Positions 49,415 through 52,853 of a stretch of 52,853 nucleotides of DNA are shown piece by piece (position 1 is the first letter of the stretch; the number at the start of each line of letters is the position of its first letter). The DNA comes from an uncultured Erysipelotrichaceae bacterium. GTDB taxonomy: Bacteria > Bacillota_I > Bacilli_A > Erysipelotrichales > Coprobacillaceae. The DNA lies in contig URQL01000001.1 of NCBI GenBank assembly GCA_900550005.1, positions 1-52,853 of the forward strand, read 5' to 3'. The notes below the pieces were generated by a model. That model had not been told where the DNA came from and did no database searches. It saw nothing but the letters and a program-made list of their open reading frames with translations. Made by a program: the position numbers and the translations under genes.

Positions 49415-50482
49415 ATGCGTATAGGAATACTTACAAGTGGTGGCGATTGCCAAGCGCTTAATGCCACAATGAGCAGTTTTGTTAAAACAATTTACCAACA
49501 CAATGAAGATGTGGAAATCATTGGTTTTAAATATGGTTATCGAGGACTTATGTATGAAGATTATAAAATCATGGATGAAGATGATTTTAAAGACATTGCT
49601 AATATCGGTGGAACGATCTTAGGAACAAGCCGTTGTCCATTTAAAAAAATGCGTATCATTGAAAATGGATTCGATAAAGTAGCCGCTATGAAAAACACAT
49701 ACAAAAAACTAAAATTAGATTGTTTAGTTGTATTAGGTGGTAATGGATCTATCAAATCAGCTAATATGCTAAGTGAAGAAGGATTAAATGTCATTGCTTT
49801 ACCTAAAACGATCGATAATGATACGTATGGTACAGATTATACATTTGGTTATCAAAGCGCTAATGATATCGCAACTCATTATCTAGATGCGATCCATACA
49901 ACAGCTGCTAGCCATAATCGTGTTTTTGTTATTGAAGTCATGGGACATAAAGTAGGTCATATTTGCTTATCTGCTGGTATTTCTGCAAATGCTGATGTGA
50001 TTCTTATTCCAGAAATCCCTTATGATATTGAACAAGTAGCGAATGCCATTTCTAAAGTACATCGTCATGGTAAAAACTATGCCATCATTGCTTGTGCTGA
50101 AGGAGCTATTTCTAAAAAAGACGCTTTACTTACAAAAAAAGAATACAAAACTAAAGTTGCTTCAAGAAATGGTCAATCCGTTATTTATGAAGTAGCAAAT
50201 GAATTACAAAAATATATTAACAGTGAAATTCGTGTATCTGCTATTGGTCATGCTCAACGTGGTGGTAGTCCATGTCCTTATGATCGAATGATGGCTACAC
50301 GCTTTGGAATCGAAGGTGCCAAACTTGTTTTAGAAAATAACTTTGGACGTCTTGTGGTTTTAAAAGGGCAAGAAGTCACAAGTATTCCGTTAATTGAATC
50401 TGCCGGTAAATTAAAATACGTTGATCCTAGTGGAGAACTTGTTCAAGCAGCCCGTTTTATGGGAATTAGTTTTGGTGATTAA
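49415..50482 (+). CDS. pfkA: 6-phosphofructokinase (PfkA family)
   Basis: TSGGD, GGTILGTSR, GGNGS, PKTIDND, EVMG, GHAQRGG. Confidence 0.92.
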   Translation: MRIGILTSGGDCQALNATMSSFVKTIYQHNEDVEIIGFKYGYRGLMYEDYKIMDEDDFKDIANIGGTILGTSRCPFKKMRIIENGFDKVAAMKNTYKKLKLDCLVVLGGNGSIKSANMLSEEGLNVIALPKTIDNDTYGTDYTFGYQSANDIATHYLDAIHTTAASHNRVFVIEVMGHKVGHICLSAGISANADVILIPEIPYDIEQVANAISKVHRHGKNYAIIACAEGAISKKDALLTKKEYKTKVASRNGQSVIYEVANELQKYINSEIRVSAIGHAQRGGSPCPYDRMMATRFGIEGAKLVLENNFGRLVVLKGQEVTSIPLIESAGKLKYVDPSGELVQAARFMGISFGD

Positions 50483-50483
50483 T

Positions 50484-50508
50484 AAGAGATGGCAAGGGCC
50501 ATCTTTTT
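50484..50508 (+). terminator. Intrinsic terminator of ppk1-pfk
   Basis: AGATGGC-aagg-GCCATCT-TTTT. Confidence 0.8.
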
Positions 50509-50568
50509 CTTTACAAAAATAAAGTCCCCTACTATAATAGGGATACTTGATCTTGGAGGTGACTTTTA

Positions 50569-51084
50569 ATGAAAATACAAATTACAGGTTATAGTGGCTG
50601 TGGGAAGTCAACTTTAGCTAAAGCATTTGCTTTACATTACAATATTCCTTTACTTTATTTAGACACTGTTCAATTTTATGATGACTGGCAAGAACGTCCT
50701 AAAGAAAAGCAAAATCAAATCGTCACTCAATTTATTGAAGAGAATAACGATTGGGTCATTGATGGCAATTATTATAAAGTCGCTCCTCAACGTTTTAAAA
50801 AGTGTGATCTTTATATTTTTTTAAACTACAATCGTTTTTATTGCTTTATTCAATGCTTATTACGTTATTTAAAAAATAAAGGACAAAGTCGTGAGTCTTG
50901 TCCTTGTGAAGAAAAATTTGATCATGAATTTAGATCTTGGATTTTAAAAGATGGTCGAACTCAAGCTATGAAAGAAAAGCATCTACGTCATTTTGATGAA
51001 ATACAATGTGAAAAATATCAATTTAAAAGTCGTCGACAACTTAAAAAATATTTAAAACAAAAAAATATCAAGTACCCGGTTTAG
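50569..51084 (+). CDS. P-loop kinase-like topology modulation protein (FlaR family)
   Basis: GYSGCGKSTLA, LD, WVIDGNY, CEEKFDHEF. Confidence 0.85.
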   Translation: MKIQITGYSGCGKSTLAKAFALHYNIPLLYLDTVQFYDDWQERPKEKQNQIVTQFIEENNDWVIDGNYYKVAPQRFKKCDLYIFLNYNRFYCFIQCLLRYLKNKGQSRESCPCEEKFDHEFRSWILKDGRTQAMKEKHLRHFDEIQCEKYQFKSRRQLKKYLKQKNIKYPV

Positions 51085-51100
51085 GATACTTGATTCTTTT

Positions 51101-52399
51101 TTATTTATCTTCTTTCTTTTCTTCTTTGTCTTCTTTTTTATCTTCTTCCATCATTTTTTTATTTTTTTCAATTTTTTCTTCTAATTCTTTAGTAAATGTT
51201 CTAGGAATCATATTTACTGGTGAATTAACAATTTGAGAAGATAATGTTACAACAAAGTTTAAAGTAATCATAAATGCATCCGCATCTAAGTAATCCATTG
51301 TATCATAATGATTATGGATTTGTTTACCTCCATTAGGAGCTAAACGTGCAAATGAACAAGAAGGTACACCATTCGTTGCAAAGCTTGTTGAATCTGAAGG
51401 ATATAAATCACTACGTGATTGTAAAGCATAACCTTCTACTTTAGCTAAACCATCAACATAGTTTTTAACTTCATCACTAGCAGAACATACAAAAGTTTCA
51501 TAACCTAAAGTAACACCTGTCATATCAAAGTTGATATTGAAAATGTAATCTTTTAATTCATCTTTATGTTTTTTACAATATTCTTTAGATCCAACTAAAC
51601 CAATTTCTTCACTACCACACCAAATAAATTTAACTGTACGTTTTGGTTTATTTTCTAAATAGTAGTGCATTAATTCTAAGACATTGATAGCACCTGTCGC
51701 GTTGTCCCAAGCACCTTTAGAATAACGAACTGAATCATAGTGTGCAGTAAATGCAACAACTTCTTCTTTTAGTTTAGAATCAGTTCCTTCAATTGTTGCA
51801 ACAACGTTTTGTGCAGTTGATTTTACTGTATTATCTTCTTTTAAAATAATTTTAATTAATTCTGGTTTGCTTTTTACTAATTCTTCAGCATCACTGATAT
51901 GAATAACTAAACCTGGTAAATCTCCATGTTTACCACGTGCATCACGAGGACGTAATTCTTCTTTTAATGATGGTTCATCATAGAAGCTTCCATGAATAAC
52001 AACATATCCAATAGCGCCTTTTTCGACCATTTTTTCAACTAATTCAGGACTTACACGACCTTGAACTAAACAAATTTTTCCTTCAATGTCTACTAAATTA
52101 GCATCTAATCCATTTTCGATATAAGCAAGTGGTCCTTCTACACCTTCATCTGGTGTTGATCCCGTCTTACCAATACCAATAACATGATATTCTTTATATT
52201 CAGGACTTGTTACAGCTAAAAATGCTTTTTCAATAACTGGTGTATCGATTTCATATTCTTCAATTACAGCATCTACTCCTACTTTTTTGCATTCTTCTTG
52301 AATGATTTTAGCTGCTTCTTTTTCTTCTTTTGTTCCAGTTACTCTTTCAAAACTGATTTTGTTTAATACTTCCCAAGCTCTTTCTTTACAAACTCCCAT
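51101..52399 (-). CDS. M28 family aminopeptidase with PA domain
   Basis: AHYDS, GAWDNATG, SEEIGLVGS, NFDM, SD, HNHYD. Confidence 0.9.
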   Translation of the reverse strand: MGVCKERAWEVLNKISFERVTGTKEEKEAAKIIQEECKKVGVDAVIEEYEIDTPVIEKAFLAVTSPEYKEYHVIGIGKTGSTPDEGVEGPLAYIENGLDANLVDIEGKICLVQGRVSPELVEKMVEKGAIGYVVIHGSFYDEPSLKEELRPRDARGKHGDLPGLVIHISDAEELVKSKPELIKIILKEDNTVKSTAQNVVATIEGTDSKLKEEVVAFTAHYDSVRYSKGAWDNATGAINVLELMHYYLENKPKRTVKFIWCGSEEIGLVGSKEYCKKHKDELKDYIFNINFDMTGVTLGYETFVCSASDEVKNYVDGLAKVEGYALQSRSDLYPSDSTSFATNGVPSCSFARLAPNGGKQIHNHYDTMDYLDADAFMITLNFVVTLSSQIVNSPVNMIPRTFTKELEEKIEKNKKMMEEDKKEDKEEKKEDK

Positions 52400-52524
52400 T
52401 TATCTCATCCTTTCCATTATGAAATGTATACAGTATTTATTGTACACTGATTATTTTTTTATTCAATAAAAATGTGTGATTGTAGGAAATTAGTTACTAA
52501 AATATAGTTTATTTATAAAATTAA

Positions 52525-52553
52525 TAGACATATTGTATATATTTTAGTACAAT
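52525..52553 (+). promoter_or_regulatory. SigA-type promoter of the GNAT gene
   Basis: TAGACA-17 nt-TACAAT upstream of a GGAGG RBS. Confidence 0.6.
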
Positions 52554-52575
52554 AACGTCATTGGAGGTAAGTAAA

Positions 52576-52853
52576 ATGATTAGAAAAGCTAAAATTTCAG
52601 ATATTCACCGTATCAATGAATTACTTTACCAAGTACAAGAAGTTCATCATCAAGGACGACCTGATTTATTTATCGGTGGTACAAAAAAATATAATGATCA
52701 AGAATTAACACAAATCATTCAAAATGAAAAAACACCTGTTTTTGTCGCAACAGATGATCAAGATAATGTAATGGGTTATGCTTTTTGCATTCATGAACAA
52801 GTACAAAGTTCTACATTAGCGCCAGTTAAAACACTTTATATTGATGATCTTTG
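52576..52853 (+). CDS. GNAT family N-acetyltransferase (runs off the window end)
   Basis: MIRKAKISDI..LLYQV..HHQGRPDLF..VMGYAFC..TLYIDDL; GGAGG RBS. Confidence 0.88.
   Translation, partial: MIRKAKISDIHRINELLYQVQEVHHQGRPDLFIGGTKKYNDQELTQIIQNEKTPVFVATDDQDNVMGYAFCIHEQVQSSTLAPVKTLYIDDL

Noticed and set aside
1762..49794. Short ORF-track entries nested in or antisense to long genes (1762, 2946, 11237, 14502, 15296, 20158, 22799, 26196, 33208, 37335, 37565, 39566, 39616, 43053, 44628, 46995, 48399, 49561)
   Set aside because: They overlap well-supported genes in other frames, with no RBS or protein-like features.
50541..51094. GGATACTTGAT direct repeat flanking the FlaR-like gene as a target-site duplication
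   Set aside because: The second copy is part of a terminator stem, there is no mobility gene, and an 11-mer match is weak evidence in AT-rich DNA.
1..52853. CRISPR array, tRNA or rRNA genes, prophage
   Set aside because: No regularly spaced repeats, cloverleaf or rRNA-like segments, or phage genes seen.

Overview
Chromosomal window of a low-GC Firmicute; gene content and style suggest an Erysipelotrichales/Coprobacillaceae-like gut bacterium (inference). It carries carbohydrate genes (GH42, a broken GH5, GH13), a tnpB remnant and a sortase-C pilus operon with a 2574-aa tip adhesin whose promoter has a G9 tract inside the 17-bp spacer. It also carries carAB behind an unannotated leader ORF plus terminator, ilvA, and an 11-gene Tad/Flp-like locus. 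That locus includes three small ORFs missed by the ORF track, six pilin-like proteins that appear to lack a cleavable leader, and a thioester-domain adhesin. Further on are an Asn T-box with asnB, an LRR/vWA/AAA operon, folD, a Crp/Fnr regulator with a perfect operator driving a MATE gene, and ppk1-pfk. Six otherwise full-length genes carry point lesions (GH5, ggt, nitroreductase, asnB, folD, MATE start codon). All calls come from reading the sequence and recalled family motifs; no searches were run.
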